64,000 nt of DNA from Myxococcales bacterium (GCA_016720545.1 JADKKK010000003.1:281516-345515); one strand, 5' to 3'; positions 40,582 to 52,449 are shown, counted from the first letter of the stretch. Numbers and translations are program-made. The notes: generated from the letters alone by a model not told the origin.

Positions 40582-41317
40582 GATCGTCTTCGGCGATGCA
40601 GCCCTGTGCGAAGCGTGCCACCTCATACTGAGGGAGCGAGCAGAGCACGGAGCCAGAGTCGACACTTCGGACGCCATCTCGAGCCCGCCGACACGACCAC
40701 TTCGGTGAGGGGTAGGTAGAGTGCCAGTCATATCCATTGTCCTTACGAGCAGAGGTCTCACTATGGCCGGCCTTGGCCGGTAGATGGTCGACCGTTGGGC
40801 AATGAGAGCCGAACGTGTGGAACGCAGCAAACCTAGCTAGGCTCGTCGACCAGGGCCTGTCCCTATATTCGGGAAGGGGGCATCTTTCCCGTAGACGTGC
40901 CCGTGCCCGGCGTCTGGGAGGTGCCCGTCGTGGCTGGACCGTCAGCCTTCAGCGCCGTGCGTGGCGCAGAAATGGGCACGAGCAAGAAGTCGGGCACGGG
41001 CACGTTTACGGGCGAGAATTCAGGGACAGGCCCTCGGCCGGCAAGATGGCCGGGCATGTGGCACGCCCTCATGCAGGCGACGTGCCACGGGATCGACCCT
41101 ACACATTGCTCAGAAATGGCTGTCGCTGCTGCCTAAAACAGGGTCGATGGTTCAACCAGTGTAGCGTCACGTTCACACGGACGACCGAGACCGCACAATC
41201 GCGTGGGCGCTGAACGACGCGATCGCGGCGGCCAGCTTGGCGCGGCCGGGCGTGTAAGCGCCGCGGCGGGGTGAGGGCGCGCGACGCCGCGCGGGCAAGG
41301 CGCCGGGACCCCGCCCC

Positions 41318-42826
41318 TCATTGGCGGGCCTTGGCGGGCGCGGCGGTCTCGGCGGCGCGGAGGCGGGCGAGCATGACCGCGGCGGGCTCGTCGGTGGGGT
41401 CCTGGGGGACGAGCTCGCCGCGGAAGGCCTTGGCGAGGATCGTCCCTTCAAGCTGCGGCACCAGGGCCTCGGTAGAATCGACGAACTTCTTTAGGGCATC
41501 GGAGCGACACCACGCCGCCTCAATTCGAGCGGCGGTCAGTTGCTGTTCCTCCAACGGCGCGACGGCAAGTGGAAACGGCGAATCGACCCGATGTTCACAT
41601 GTGGTGACGTGGAACCACCTCTTCCCGCCGCGCTTGCCTGGAGACAATCGGGGAGTTCAACGCCCAGCCATGACGAACCCTGCCGGAGACCTGTTCGGCG
41701 ACGCGAAAGTGCATCATGCGCTGCGAGATGCACACTTCGACTCGGTCAGGGACAGGCGCTGCGATCCCGAAACGCTCGCCCTCTCGCGAATAGAAGATGT
41801 CTCCCGCTTCTGGAACGAGGCGGCTTACCTGTTCGGCATACGTCTCGCGCGCGACACATCGTGCCTGTGCCAGAAGGAGCCTCCCAGGGATTACGTCCGC
41901 TGTACGAATTGCAGGGAGACCGGCCGCAACGTAATCGGGCGTTCGGTGAAGACAGTCCACGATGTGAGTCGTGACCTCCTCCACACTCGCCCAACACCAC
42001 CCCTCCGGCAACTCCGGCAACCCCGTCGCATCGACCGGCTCGGGCTCCTTGTACTTCCCCTTCCACGCGTCATCCCGCGGGGCCTTCCCCTTGGCGGTCA
42101 TCTTGGCGAGCTCGGCCTCTTCCCACTTCTTCCGGCGCTCCACGCGGATGCGCTTCAAGAGCTCGCTCGCGGGCTCCACGTCTCTGTTCTTCGCGCGCCA
42201 GTCCTTCGTGAGGTCCCCGCGAAAGGCCGCCGCGAGGATCGACTGGCGGAGCTTCTCGAGCAGCGGCGGCACAGCGTCGAGCGCCGCGCGGGCGCGACGG
42301 GAGCGAGCTTGGAGGGATTCGAGCTTGGCGACGATGCGGCGTTGTTCGTTGAGGGGGGGGAGCGCCGTGGGCCATGACGACATACGGTCAGCCCCAAGGT
42401 GGTTGATGCCCACTCCCTTCCCCGCCGCCGCGAACTTTCCGAGGCGAGCGTCAGCGAGGAAGTGCAGGTGCAGATACTCAGGGTCCGGTCCTCGCGACCG
42501 AACGCGAATGAGCGTGTTCTGAAAGCAGCAACCGTCAACTTCGTTTCGCCAGAGCGCCGGCTTCCCGACCTCACTCGCGCTTCCGGACGCTTCCGGATAA
42601 GAGAATGTCGCCCCCTCAGCTCGTAAGACACGAACTCCCTTGGCGAGAAGTCCATCTCCTTCACGTCTTCGAGGCTAATCCCATTCCACGTTACGTTCGC
42701 GGCTCGCATGTAAGGCCGCATGTGTTCGCCCTTCGCCCTGTCTGGCGATCGCTGGCGCCCTAGTCGCACCTCTGCCACTTCGTCGAGGCGTACCCGAAGC
42801 CACCCGTTCGGAAGAGGGTCGCTCAC
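41318..42826 (-). pseudogene. hsdS: Type I restriction-modification specificity subunit HsdS, disrupted by at least two frameshifts
   Basis: Three reading-frame pieces. TRD1 MSDPLPNGWLRVRLDEVAEV... (42826 downward). Central conserved region and TRD2 ...LPPLNEQRRIVAKLESLQ...LPEGWCWASVEEVTTHIVDCLHRTPDYVAAGLPAIRTADV (ORF 41595..42413). C-terminal conserved region LEEQQLTAARIEAAW...LKKFVDSTEALVPQLEGTILAKAFRGELVPQDPTDEPA (ORF 41318..41647). Confidence 0.75.
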
Positions 42827-44258
42827 GCCCCCAGCTCCTCTTGCAGCGCCGCCATCTCCTCCAGCGCCACCGAGAGCTGCGCGACAATCTCCGCCGCGAT
42901 CTCCTCCGGCTCCGGCAAGTCCGCGTGGTCGGTCACGCTCTCATCCCGCAGCCACGAGATATCCAGGTTCTCCCCCCGCTTCGCGATCTCCTCCCGCGTG
43001 AACTTCCGGAACCTCCCGTCTCGCCCTGGTCCTTCCGCTTGCTCTTCCCTAGCGGATCCGCCCCGTAGGCCTTCTCGAACTCCGCGAAGTGCGCGCGCGT
43101 GAACGGCGTGCGCTTGCCGAAGCTCGGCATGTTGGTGCGCAGGTCGTAGAACCACACGGCCTTCGTGTTGCCCTTGTCCTGCTTCTTCTCCCCCCGCGTG
43201 AAGAAGAGCACGTTGGTCTTCACGCCCTGCGCGTAGAAGATGCCCGTGGGCAGCCGCAGGATGGTGTGCAGATCGCACTTGTCCATCAAGTCGGCGCGCA
43301 CCTGCTTTCCCACGCCCTCCTCGAAGAGCACGTTGTCCGGGAGCACCACCGCCGCGCGCCCGCCGGGCACGAGGCCTCGGTAGATGTGCTGGAGGAACAC
43401 GAGCTGCTTGTTGCTCGTGGGGTACGTGAGGTCGTCGCGCGTGGGGGCGCCGCCGCCCTTCTTGGTGCCGAAGGGGGGATTCGTGAGGATCACGTTCGCC
43501 TTCGGCAGGTTGGCGCCCGAGGGGCCGAGCGTGTCGCCGAGCACGAGGTCGCCCTCGATGTCGTGGAGCATGGCGTTCATGAGCGCCAGGCGCTGCACGT
43601 CGGCCACGAGCTCCATCCCCTGGAAGGCCTCGCGTCGCTGGAAGTTCTGCTTGGCCACGGGCAAGTCGTGGAGATCGTCGGTGTTCGCCTTCACGTACCT
43701 GTCGGCGTTGATGAGGAATCCCCCGGTGCCGATCGCGGGATCTTGGATGATTTCGCCCGGCTGGGGCTTCACGAGGGCGACCATGCTCTCGATGAGCGCG
43801 CGCGGCGTGAAGTATTGCCCCGCGCCGCTCTTGGTCTCCTCCGCGTTCTTCTCGAGCAGGCCCTCGTAGAGGTCCCCGAGCCCCTCGGACTTGGCGCTGT
43901 ACCAGTCGAGCGCGTCGATCGCCTCGACCACCGTGCGCAGGTTCCGCGGCTGCCGGAACGAGGTGCCCGCGTTGGCGAAGATCGCCTGCACGCGCCCCGA
44001 GCCTTTGCCGCCGAGATCGATGAGGAGCTTCTTGTAGAAGTCGAGCAGCTCCACGCCCTCTTTGTTGACGAGATCGCCCCAGCGATAGCCCTTGGGGAGC
44101 TGGTCCTCGGTGCCTGTCTCCTTGGTCATCTTGAGGAAGAGGAGATAGGTGAGCTCGGTCACGTACTGGAGATACGTGATGCCGTCGTCACGGAGGACGT
44201 GGCAGAGGTTCCAGAGCTTCTGGACGATGTCGTTCGTGGTCGGCGCGGCGGGTGGCAT
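42823..44258 (-). CDS. hsdM: Type I restriction-modification N6-adenine DNA methyltransferase HsdM, with an apparent -1 frameshift near 43040 affecting the last ~65 aa
   Basis: MPPAAPTTNDIVQKLWNLCHVLRDDGI...QYFTPRALIESMV...DPAIGTGGFL...LTNPPFG... C-terminus ...RFRKFTREEIAKRGENLDISWLRDES...LPEPEEIAAEIV lies in ORF 42823..43278. Adding one G in acGGGagg joins the frames. The stop overlaps the hsdS start. Confidence 0.85.
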
Positions 44259-44679
44259 GTCGGGGGCGAAGGTAGCATGGGCGCGCGCCTCGCCGGCCTG
44301 TGCCCTGCCCGGCCCGCCTACTCCTGCGTCGAGCGAGGGATCCGGACCACCCACAGGCGCGTGGCCCAGCGGAGCGAGAGCTTCAGCGCTCGCGAGCGCG
44401 ATGCACGTCCTCGGGGGCGATCCCGAGGTCACGACCGGACAGGATGTCCTCGATCCTCCGATCGACCTCAGGCGGCACCGTCTCACCCGAGGTGTCCTCC
44501 GGCGCGCGCACCATCACCAGGACGGCGGGGTGGCTGCGCATGTCCTCGGGCCACTGCTCGAGCGCCACGCGCTCCGCCTCGGTGGTCTCGGCGGTGTCGA
44601 GCTTGCGCGCGGTGTTCGGCGACATGGTCGAGGTCTAGCACGCGTCGGCGAGGGCGCGCGCGGTGAGCGCCCGCGACGC

Positions 44680-44850
44680 TCGCGGCCCTCACCCCCTCGC
44701 GCAGCGGCACGAGACCCACGTGCCCCTCTCCCACAAGGGGAGATGGGCCCCTTCCGGAGCAGCTCGTGTGGCCCCTCTCCCCTTGTGGGAGAGGGGCACA
44801 AGTCGCCCGCGCCGCTCACGGGCGGGGTGAGGGCTCACGGGCGTGGTGGG
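44680..44850. repeat. GC-rich repeat block R2 containing a 23-bp perfect inverted repeat (GTGCCCCTCTCCCACAAGGGGAG...CTCCCCTTGTGGGAGAGGGGCAC) and GGGCGGGGTGAGGGC
   Basis: Direct reading. Same motif family as R1 and R3. Confidence 0.8.
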
Positions 44851-44985
44851 TGGGTCGCCCTTGTCTTCCGGGCTCGACGCTGAGCTGACGGCCCTTGGCG
44901 GCGGCGAACACCGGGCGCCCCGCGCGCCCAGATCGCTCGAGCGCACGGCAGGTCGGAGCAGGACGTGCTATTTTTCGAGAATGGA

Positions 44986-45184
44986 CAACGGGCCCGCGGC
45001 CCGCGCCGCGCGGCGCCGGGCGACCTGGAACTGGGAATGCCGAGTCGCGAAGACCTTCGCGGAGCACGAGCAGGACGGCCTCGATTTTTGGGCGGATGCG
45101 CCGAGCTCGGCGAAGCTCGACGCCATGTGGGACCTCATCGTCGAGGCTTGGTTGCTCGGAGGAAAGCGTGGACCTGCCCCCTGA
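44986..45184 (+). CDS. Small hypothetical protein, possibly the partner of the downstream nucleotidyltransferase-like gene
   Basis: [60 protein letters not shown]. Overlaps the downstream ORF. No known motif. Confidence 0.3.
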
Positions 45185-45590
45185 TTTCAGGCATCTGTTC
45201 TCGAAATTCGCCGCTTCGAGCGTTGACTACTTGATGATCGGCGGCTGGGCGGTGAGCTTCCACAGCGAGCCGCGCTATACTAAAGATCTCGATCTGCTCT
45301 TGGTCGGGAGTGACGACAATCTCGCGAGAGCGGCGGAGGCCCTCGGCGCCTTCGGGGCGCCACGTTCGGTCATCGACCTGCTGCTCGCGCTCGGGCCGGA
45401 GGAGTTCAGCTCACTCGTCGCCGTCGCAGGCCAGACGCTCGAACGCGTCCCCGCGGCTCACGCGAGTCCATCGAGGATCCCTCGCGACCTCCGCAAGCGC
45501 CGCGCGGTCCTCGTCGCCAAGCGCGGGCCCCTCCTCCGCGGACGCGAACGCGAGGGAGACGGCCTTCTTTGCGGTGGGAGCCATGACTGA
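45167..45590 (+). CDS. Minimal nucleotidyltransferase (MNT/AbiEii-like) domain protein, possible toxin/antitoxin component
   Basis: ...FAASSVDYLMIGGWAVSFHSEPRYTKDLDLLL... matches the G-[GS]...DhDLhh nucleotidyltransferase core. Start tentative (GTG 45167). Confidence 0.45.
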
Positions 45591-45740
45591 GGAGTAGCGC
45601 GTCAGGGCGCGCCCGTCACCCACGCCCCGCGACACGTCCGAGAGGCAGCTCTGACGCCGTCGGTGAGCTGCGTGCCGCGGAGGCGCGCCCGTCACGGACC
45701 GCTCGGGTTGCTCGGTCACGGCGCCGGAGGTATCGTGCTC

Positions 45741-46845
45741 CGCATGAGCGCGGGGTCTCCGTTGGGGTGTGCGCTACGCGAGCAGCGTGACGCCCTCGGC
45801 TGTTCAGCCGAGCGACTCGCCGCGCTCTCCGAGCTGCCCGTCGACAGAGTGCTCGCCCTCGAGCAAGGCGCGCAGGCGACGACCCGTGAAATCGCGAAGC
45901 TGGCGTCAGCCCTCGCCGTGGATCCCGCCGCGCTGTGGCGAGGCGAGGTCAGCCTGCCTCGAACGACCGCGCGATTCCGTGCGCCGAGCGGCGTCGCGTC
46001 CTCGCGGAGGGCGACGCGCGGCTGCTCGCGCGGGCCGCAGAGGCGGGGCGCGTCCTCGCGCATCTGCGCTCGCTGCGCGGCGAGGAGGCGGCGTCCGTCG
46101 TGGCCCGGAGGAGGGTGTCCGGCGTCGCCGGGTGGCCCGAGCCCTGGGACCAGGGCTACCGGCTTGGCGCGAGGCTGCGAGCCGACCTCGGGCCCGGCAA
46201 GGCGCCAATTCCTTCGGTGCAGCGCCGTCTCGGGGAGCACGGCGTGCACGTCGCCTGGAGCGCGTTCGAGAGCAGCGCCGTGATCGCGGCCAGTCTCTAC
46301 GAGCACGGCGCGGCGCCCGTCATCCTGCTCAATACGAGGTCGCCGAGGGCGAGGGCGAGGCTCCACGCCGAGCTGTCCTGGCTCAGCGAGCTCTGCCATC
46401 CGTGGTCGACGGCGGCGAGACGGACCTGCTCACGCTCGTCTCCCGCGGCGTCGACGCGACCGAGGTCGAGCAACGGGCGAACGGCTTTGCCCCTAGCTTC
46501 ATCGTGCCCGGAGGGTGGATATCGCCCCACACCACCGACGTCCGACAGCTCGCTCTCGACGTCGCCACGGAGTGGGGGCTGAGCTTCGAGGGCGCTCTCT
46601 GGCACTTGAAGAATGCGCAGCACATCGGGGCGAGGGATGTCGAAGAGGAGCTGCGGCGGGAGGCCGTCGTCATTCCAGAGGGTGCGTTCGAGGGCGACAT
46701 CGAGCGCCGAGAGCCGGCGCATCTCCGTCTGGACGTGACGATCGGTCCCCTCGCATACGGGGCGCTCTCCGACGTGACACTCGGCGCCTTCGAGGCCGAC
46801 ATGATCTCCCGAGGTCGCGCCGTCGAGATCCTCGCGCTCGCATGA
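45741..46845 (+). pseudogene. XRE-family HTH plus ImmA/IrrE (DUF955) metallopeptidase-type regulator, split over three reading frames
   Basis: HTH LGCALREQRDALGCSAERLAALSELPVDRVLALEQG (ORF 45663). Middle region ...AASLYEHGAAPVILLNTRSP... (ORF 45935). C-terminal ...FIVPGGWISPHTTDVRQLALDVATEWGLSFEGALWHLKN... (ORF 45769..46845). Confidence 0.6.
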
Positions 46846-47451
46846 CGTGGCTCGTCGACGACGGGCCCCTCGGCCTCCTCGCGCGCACGTGGGGACCGTC
46901 CTGGTCGTGGCCTCCCCGGGGAGAGGGGCGATCACCGTCGTGCGGGAGGGGGGTGGGGCCGACGGCGCAGCGAGTGACAAGTCGGGAGGCGGGACCAAGC
47001 TCCTCGCCATGTGCGCGCCGTCCAGTCTCCCGAGCGTCGCGGTGCACGACTCCCTGGTGGGACGAGGCCGCGGCAGTCCGCTACGGACACCTCCGGCCCA
47101 GGTAGGGCCTCGCAGGCGACGCGCGACCTCGGGCGAGGAGACGCCTCGATCGCGGGCCGCGCTCACGGAGTGCCCCAGGGAGGGCGACGCGGTGCTCGCC
47201 ACGATGGACAAGCGCGCGGCCTACACGCCTGCGGCGAAGGCTCGCTGGGGCGAGTGGGGACCCCGTTCGACTTATGGGATCACCTGAGAGGGCCGGCGCT
47301 CGTGTCGCGCGCAGCCATCGAGCGCTCGCCGACCTCACCACGAAGCAGGATCACGGGCTCGCGGATGTGCCACTTACACAAGCGGTAGAGCGTCCGACCC
47401 ACGCGAGGGGAATGGGCACCGCCGCGCCGCCGAGAGGCGGGCGCATGGCCC

Positions 47452-47515
47452 CGCGACGGGCGGGGTGAGGGGCTCGCGGGCGCGACTCTCGCGGGCGGGG
47501 TGAGGGCTCGCGGCC
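47452..47515. repeat. GC-rich repeat block R3 (two copies of GGGCGGGGTGAGGG(G)CTCGCGG)
   Basis: Direct reading. Reverse-complement orientation of the R1 core. Confidence 0.75.
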
Positions 47516-47692
47516 CCCCACCGGACGGGAGCAGGGCCCACCAGGGCGCAGGCGAGAGAGCCCCCCCCCCGCACGGCTCGCGCGCAGCGCCTCCCAGAGG
47601 ACCGTCTCCGATCGCGTCTGAGTCCTCCGCAGCTCCCGGGCTCGCTCCGTCATTCTCCGCGCCATCGACCTCTCCCGTCACGCGCCCGTCAG

Positions 47693-50600
47693 CTATCCCA
47701 CGTCCCGCCAAACCTCTTCCGCCAGCTCCCCCAGCAACATCTCGAGCTTCCCGTCGAACACCTTGTTCAGCCGCGCGAAGCCGCCGTCGGTCTTGAACTG
47801 TCCCGCATCCAGCGAGGCCTTGTCCACCACGGTCTCGAGCTTCACCTGCTTGGCGATGCGGTCGAGCCACTTGGCCTGGGGCTCGGTGAGCTTGTGGGCC
47901 TTCCGGAGCCGCGCCACCGCGCGATCCACACGCTCGCCGTAGGGCACGAGCGGTGAGCCGAGCGCGGCCTGGCGGATGTAGCCGACGATGGTCGCGGCGA
48001 CGTCCTCGTTCTTCTGCTCTTTCCATGCGGTCTGCACCGACTTTTCGCCGTAGCCCTCCTCGTCGAGCGCGAGCTTGAGCGCCTTCAGGTCCGCGCGCGT
48101 GAGATCGCGCGGGCGCTGCACCACGACCAGCAGCGCGGGGAGCTGGTTCATGTGGCGCGTGACGAAGTCGCGGAAGGACTCCAAGTAGTCGGCCGGCGGG
48201 CGACTCCCGTGTTTGCCGTAGCCGCGCGTCACCTCGCGGAGGCCGTCGGCGTGCTCGGACACGAGCACCTTGTACTCGCCGCCGCCCACCGTGCGGTCGA
48301 GGAACGGCGCGAGGGAGGGGTGGGCCCGCAGGTAGGCGGCCGCGTCGAGCAACGTGCCGTGCTTCAGGAGCTGCGTGAGCTCGCGGAGGTCCATGCCCGC
48401 CGCGCCCTGGAAGGGCTCCTGCGCGTCTCCTTGGAGCGCCCGCTTCTTGCGCTGGAGCTTGGCGAGGAGCTCCTCGAGCGACAGGCGCCGGTGCTCGTCG
48501 TTCTTCCCCTCAGGATCTCCTTCGTGAGCTGCTCGAAGGTCACCTTCGGATTGACCACGACCGGCTTCATGTCGGTCACGCTCTCGAGCGCGGCGTAGAG
48601 ATCCACCGCGTCGAAGACGCGAAAGCGCTCCTTGCCTATCTCGGGGCACAGGCGCGTCGCGCGCCCCAGCATCTGCTCGTAGAGGATGCGGCTCCGCACG
48701 CGGCGCAGAAAGACCAGGTTGGCGATCTTCGGCCGTCGATCCCCGTCGTGAGGAGATCGACCGTGACGGCGATGTTCGGGTGGCGCTCGTTCCGGCAGCG
48801 GCGAATGGCCTCGAGCGGCCGGTCGGTGGTCCCCGTGATCTTGAGCACCGCGTCGTCGTCGACCTCGCCGAACTTCTTCGTGAGCTCCCCCTTCAGCAGC
48901 GTGACGACCATGTCGGCGTGCTCGTCGGTGGCGCAGAAGACGAGGGTCTTCTCGTCCTCGCTCGGATCGATGTGGTTCTGGACGAGCTTCGGCGAGCACG
49001 ACGCGGTTCCAGCCCCTCGGTGATGACGCGGCGGTTGAAGGCGTCGATCTCGAAGTCGACGTTCTCGGCGAGCTTCTCCTTGTGGAGCGTCTGCGCCTTG
49101 CGATCGAGGACGAGCACCTCCTCGTGGGCCTCGTAGTGAATGCCGTCGTGCGCCTGGTGCGTGACGATGCGAATGGGCGGCTCGTGGTCCACCAGGAAGC
49201 CGTCCACGACGGCCTCGCGGTAGCCGTAGGAGTACACCGGGGCGCCGAAGATTTCGCTCGTGTGGAGCGCGGGTGTGGCGGTGAGGCCGATCTTGGTGGC
49301 GTCGAAGTGGTCGAGCACGCGCCGGTACTTCGAGATGTAGTCGTCCTCGTCGCGAAACTCGAGATCACGCTCGGAGAGCTCGCGGTCGAGCAAATACCCT
49401 CGATGGCACTCGTCCACCACGACGCAGTCGTACTGGTCGACGGGCGGGATGTTGGCCTCGCTCGCGTCGTCGTGAGGGCCGAGCACGCGCTTCACCATGG
49501 CCTGGATCGTGGCCAGCTGGAGCTTGGTCTCGCGGTCCGGCTTGAGATCGCCGAGCTCCTTCACGTCGAAGATGTCGGTGAAGGTCTGCAGGTTCTCGAG
49601 GCGGAGATCCTTGAGCGCGTCCCCGGTCTGGCGGCCGAGCGCGCTCCGGTCGACGAGGAAGAGCACGCGCCGGAAGCGCTTCGTCTTGAGCAGGCGATAC
49701 ACGAGGCCGATGCACGTGCGCGTCTTGCCGGTGCCGGTCGCCATGGCGAGGAGGAGCCTCACGCTGCCCCTCCTCGAGGCCCGCCTCGACGGCGAGGATG
49801 GCCTTCCGCTGGTACGCGCGGTCGATGTACGGCATCGGCTCGACCTGGAGCTTCGCGTGCGCTTCGTCGACGTCCTGGCGCAGGAGGTCGACGAGCCCGT
49901 CGGGCGTATACCAGCCCTCCAGGGCGGTCGGATGATTCTGGGGCCGGCGCGCGTCGAGAAACCAGATACCGCTCTTCGCGTGGAACTGCCGGAGGTACGC
50001 GCGGCCGTTCGTGGCGAAGAGGAACGGCACTTTGTGCGCTCCCCACGGTGCCTCGGGGAGAGACTCGCCGCCCTTCACGAGGTATCCCGCGGAGTACCGC
50101 TTGGCCTGGGGAATGACCCCCGACACGTCCTTGTGCTTGCGCTTCGCCTCCACCACGCCGACCACCTGGAGGCCGGCGAAGAGCACGTAGTCGGCCCAGC
50201 CTTCCCGGCCGTCCACGCGCGTGGGCCACTCGGCGATCGCGAGGTTCTTGCCCTTCGTGGGGCGCGCCCCTCGCTCGAACGTGAGCCGTTGGGAGTCGGC
50301 CTCCCAGCCCGCCGCGCGGAGCTGATGGTCAATCAGCCGCCGCGTGGCGGCCTCGTCGAGCTGAATGTCCTCGCTCGCCTTGTGGGCGACGCCGATGGTC
50401 TGCGCGAGCGCGGCCGGAGGCATCGCGACCGCCGCGGCCTGGAGGGCCTCGAGCTCCTCCGCGAGCTTCTTGTTCTGGGCGAGGAGCGCGGCGCTCTTCT
50501 TCGCCTCGGCCTCGAGCTGCTCCTTCGCGAGCTCCTCCCAGATCGCCGCGTCGTCACGCGCCTTCTGCGCGCGCTGCTCGGCCGTCGTGCGCCCCGCGAG

Positions 50601-51230
50601 CTCGGCCTCGGCGGCCTCGCGCGCCTCCTCGATCGCCCGCTGGGCGGCCTCGAGATCCTTCGTGCGCGCGCGGACGTCGTCGCGCAGGCGCTGGATCTCG
50701 TCCTCGAGGGCGGCCTCGGGGGCGCTGCGGGGAGAGGGCGGCACGAACGGGCCCGGATCGAACTTGCGGTTGTTGCCGAAGCTCCGCTGAAACCAGACCC
50801 CAGCTCGCGCGCCATGCGGAGCTGGTGGAGCGCCTCGCCGTGGTCTCCCCGGCCCTCGTGCACCGCGGCGTTGCCGACCCGCCGGAGATCGTGAAAGAGC
50901 GAGCGCTGCGTGGCGCCGATGACGTTCCGCTCCCAGAGCCGATCGATGAGCTGCTGCTGCCCGTCCTGAGGCCCCACGAAGAGCCCGACCTTGGCCGCCG
51001 CGCGCTGCGCGAGCTGCTCACCGAACGCGCGGAGCTTGAAGAGCGTGACCGAGGATCCCCGCGAAGTGCTCCTCGGCCTGCGTCGCGAGCGCCACGAGCC
51101 GCGCGTCGTGGTGCGCGAGATAGGCGAAGTTGGGGTGCGGGCGGGCGGCGGGGAGGCATGGGCGGAACGTGGAGGATACACGGATCGAGGGTAGGTTCCC
51201 AGGTGATCGGGCCAGTGTCCGACTCCCTCC
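47693..51230 (-). pseudogene. hsdR: Type I restriction enzyme R subunit HsdR with N-terminal DUF4145 domain, interrupted by at least five frameshifts
   Basis: Pieces in different frames. DUF4145-like NFAYLAHHDARLVALATQAEE...LFKLRAFGEQLAQRAAAKVGL...LFHDLRRVGNAAVHEG..HQLRMARELG (about 51225-50760). HsdR_N ...IDHQLRAAGWEADSQ...VVEAKRKHKDV (ORF 49365..50744). Helicase motifs LLAMATGTGKTRT, VVDECHRG (ORF 48893..49762). TVDLLTTGID (ORF 48636..48911). VFLRRVRSRILYEQMLGRATRL (ORF 48364..49368). EcoEI_R_C-like tail (ORF 47693..48649). One resolved junction is a missing G in ctGGGGtctgg. Confidence 0.8.
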
Positions 51231-51450
51231 ACGGAGCGAGCGTCATTGACGAGTCGAGCGCGCGGATGCTTCGCGGGGCTCGAGGGGCGCCGGCACGCGG
51301 GGGCGCGGGTCGACGTGCGCACCGGCGTTGCCAAGCCAGCGCCAACCGGCGACGCTCGGCGTCGCGCTGCCCGACTGGGATCACCTCTACGAGGCGGCAT
51401 CCGTTGAGCTCGTCGTCTCTGCGGACGCGAGGAACGTGACGCGGACATCT

Positions 51451-52449
51451 TTACCCCGACAGGACATCCTCCAGCGTCGCGGCGGTGAGCACCCGCTCCG
51501 CCCAGGTGTCGAGCGTGGCAGCGTCCGCGGCGTCGAGTCGCGCGTTCGCACCCTCGGGGAGCGCACCGAACCGGAGAGCGAGCTGCTTGCGCAACATGAC
51601 ACGTCGACCTTGGACCTCTCCGACGATGATTCCTCGTGCCTCTCCCTTTTGCATCAACTCTTCGCCTGCGGTCATGAGCGTCTCCTTCAAGCGTTCGTCC
51701 GGGAGCGCCCCACGAAGCTGTTCCAGTACGATCCGCGACTCCGCGGGGTGGACCATCATCACATAGCGCAGGACGGTGTCCAGCGCCGCCCTCCCGTGTG
51801 GCGCCATCATGACCTCGAGCGCCACGTCCGCCCACGCGCCCAGATGGCGCACGAGCTCCTCAGGGTCGCGCGCGCGGCGGAAGCAATAGAGCACCAACCG
51901 GCCGAGCGCGGACATCGCGCGCGCGCGAAGCGTTTCGTCGGTCTCGGTGACGAGCTCGTCGAGCACGAAGCGATGGCGCAGCACGTGGGCGCCCGCGGCG
52001 AGGAGGGTCGCTTCGTCGAGATCGTACAGCTCCTCGAGCGAACGCGCCGCCGTCCAGCCAGCGTCGCCGTGGTGAAGGACGACAGGGACGAGCGCGGGGA
52101 GCACCGTCGCGCCGGGGTTCTCCTTCAGCCACGACTCCCAGATGCGAACGGCATAGACCACCAGCCGAAAGGGCATGAGCGGGTGCGGGGTGCTCTGATG
52201 CTCGTAAAGGAGATAGAGACGGGCCTCGCGACCCGAGAGCGACACGCGGAACAGAAGATCGGTGTGGCGGCTCTTGAGCTCGGCGTCCACGAACGAGCCA
52301 GGGACGGCCTCGAGCGTGTCCCAGGAGAACCGCGCCGCGAGCCCCTTCGGGAGCGCCGTGCGGAGCGCTCCCTCGGCGTGCCGCGGGTCCGCGAACGTGG
52401 ACTTGAAGAGAGCGTCGTGGGGGTCGGGGGCACGTGCCCCGTATGGCAA
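51451..52449 (-). CDS. Rpn-family recombination-promoting nuclease / putative transposase (PD-(D/E)XK, YhgA-like)
   Basis: DALFKSTFADPRHAEGALRTALPKGL...FSWDTLEAVPGSFVDAELKSRHTDLLFRV...LLYEHQSTP..., the characteristic Rpn N-terminal nuclease domain. Confidence 0.7.
   Translation of the reverse strand: MPYGARAPDPHDALFKSTFADPRHAEGALRTALPKGLAARFSWDTLEAVPGSFVDAELKSRHTDLLFRVSLSGREARLYLLYEHQSTPHPLMPFRLVVYAVRIWESWLKENPGATVLPALVPVVLHHGDAGWTAARSLEELYDLDEATLLAAGAHVLRHRFVLDELVTETDETLRARAMSALGRLVLYCFRRARDPEELVRHLGAWADVALEVMMAPHGRAALDTVLRYVMMVHPAESRIVLEQLRGALPDERLKETLMTAGEELMQKGEARGIIVGEVQGRRVMLRKQLALRFGALPEGANARLDAADAATLDTWAERVLTAATLEDVLSG

Noticed and set aside
40815-41320. About 500 bp with several short ORFs between the lipoprotein and the hsdS remnant
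   Set aside because: No ORF has a coherent composition or motif. Probably a non-coding remnant. Small palindromes (GTGGCACGCC...GGCGACGTGCCAC) were noted but not interpreted.
44383-44625. 80-aa - strand ORF upstream of hsdM (MSPNTARKLDTAETTEAERVALEQWPEDMRSHP...)
   Set aside because: Composition is protein-like and it could be a small antitoxin or regulator. No recognisable motif, and it overlaps the R2 repeat zone. Too weak to call.
50333-51835. 500-aa - strand ORF
   Set aside because: Mostly wrong-frame read-through. Only its segment ~50760-51225 (DUF4145-like) is real and was assigned to the hsdR N-terminus.
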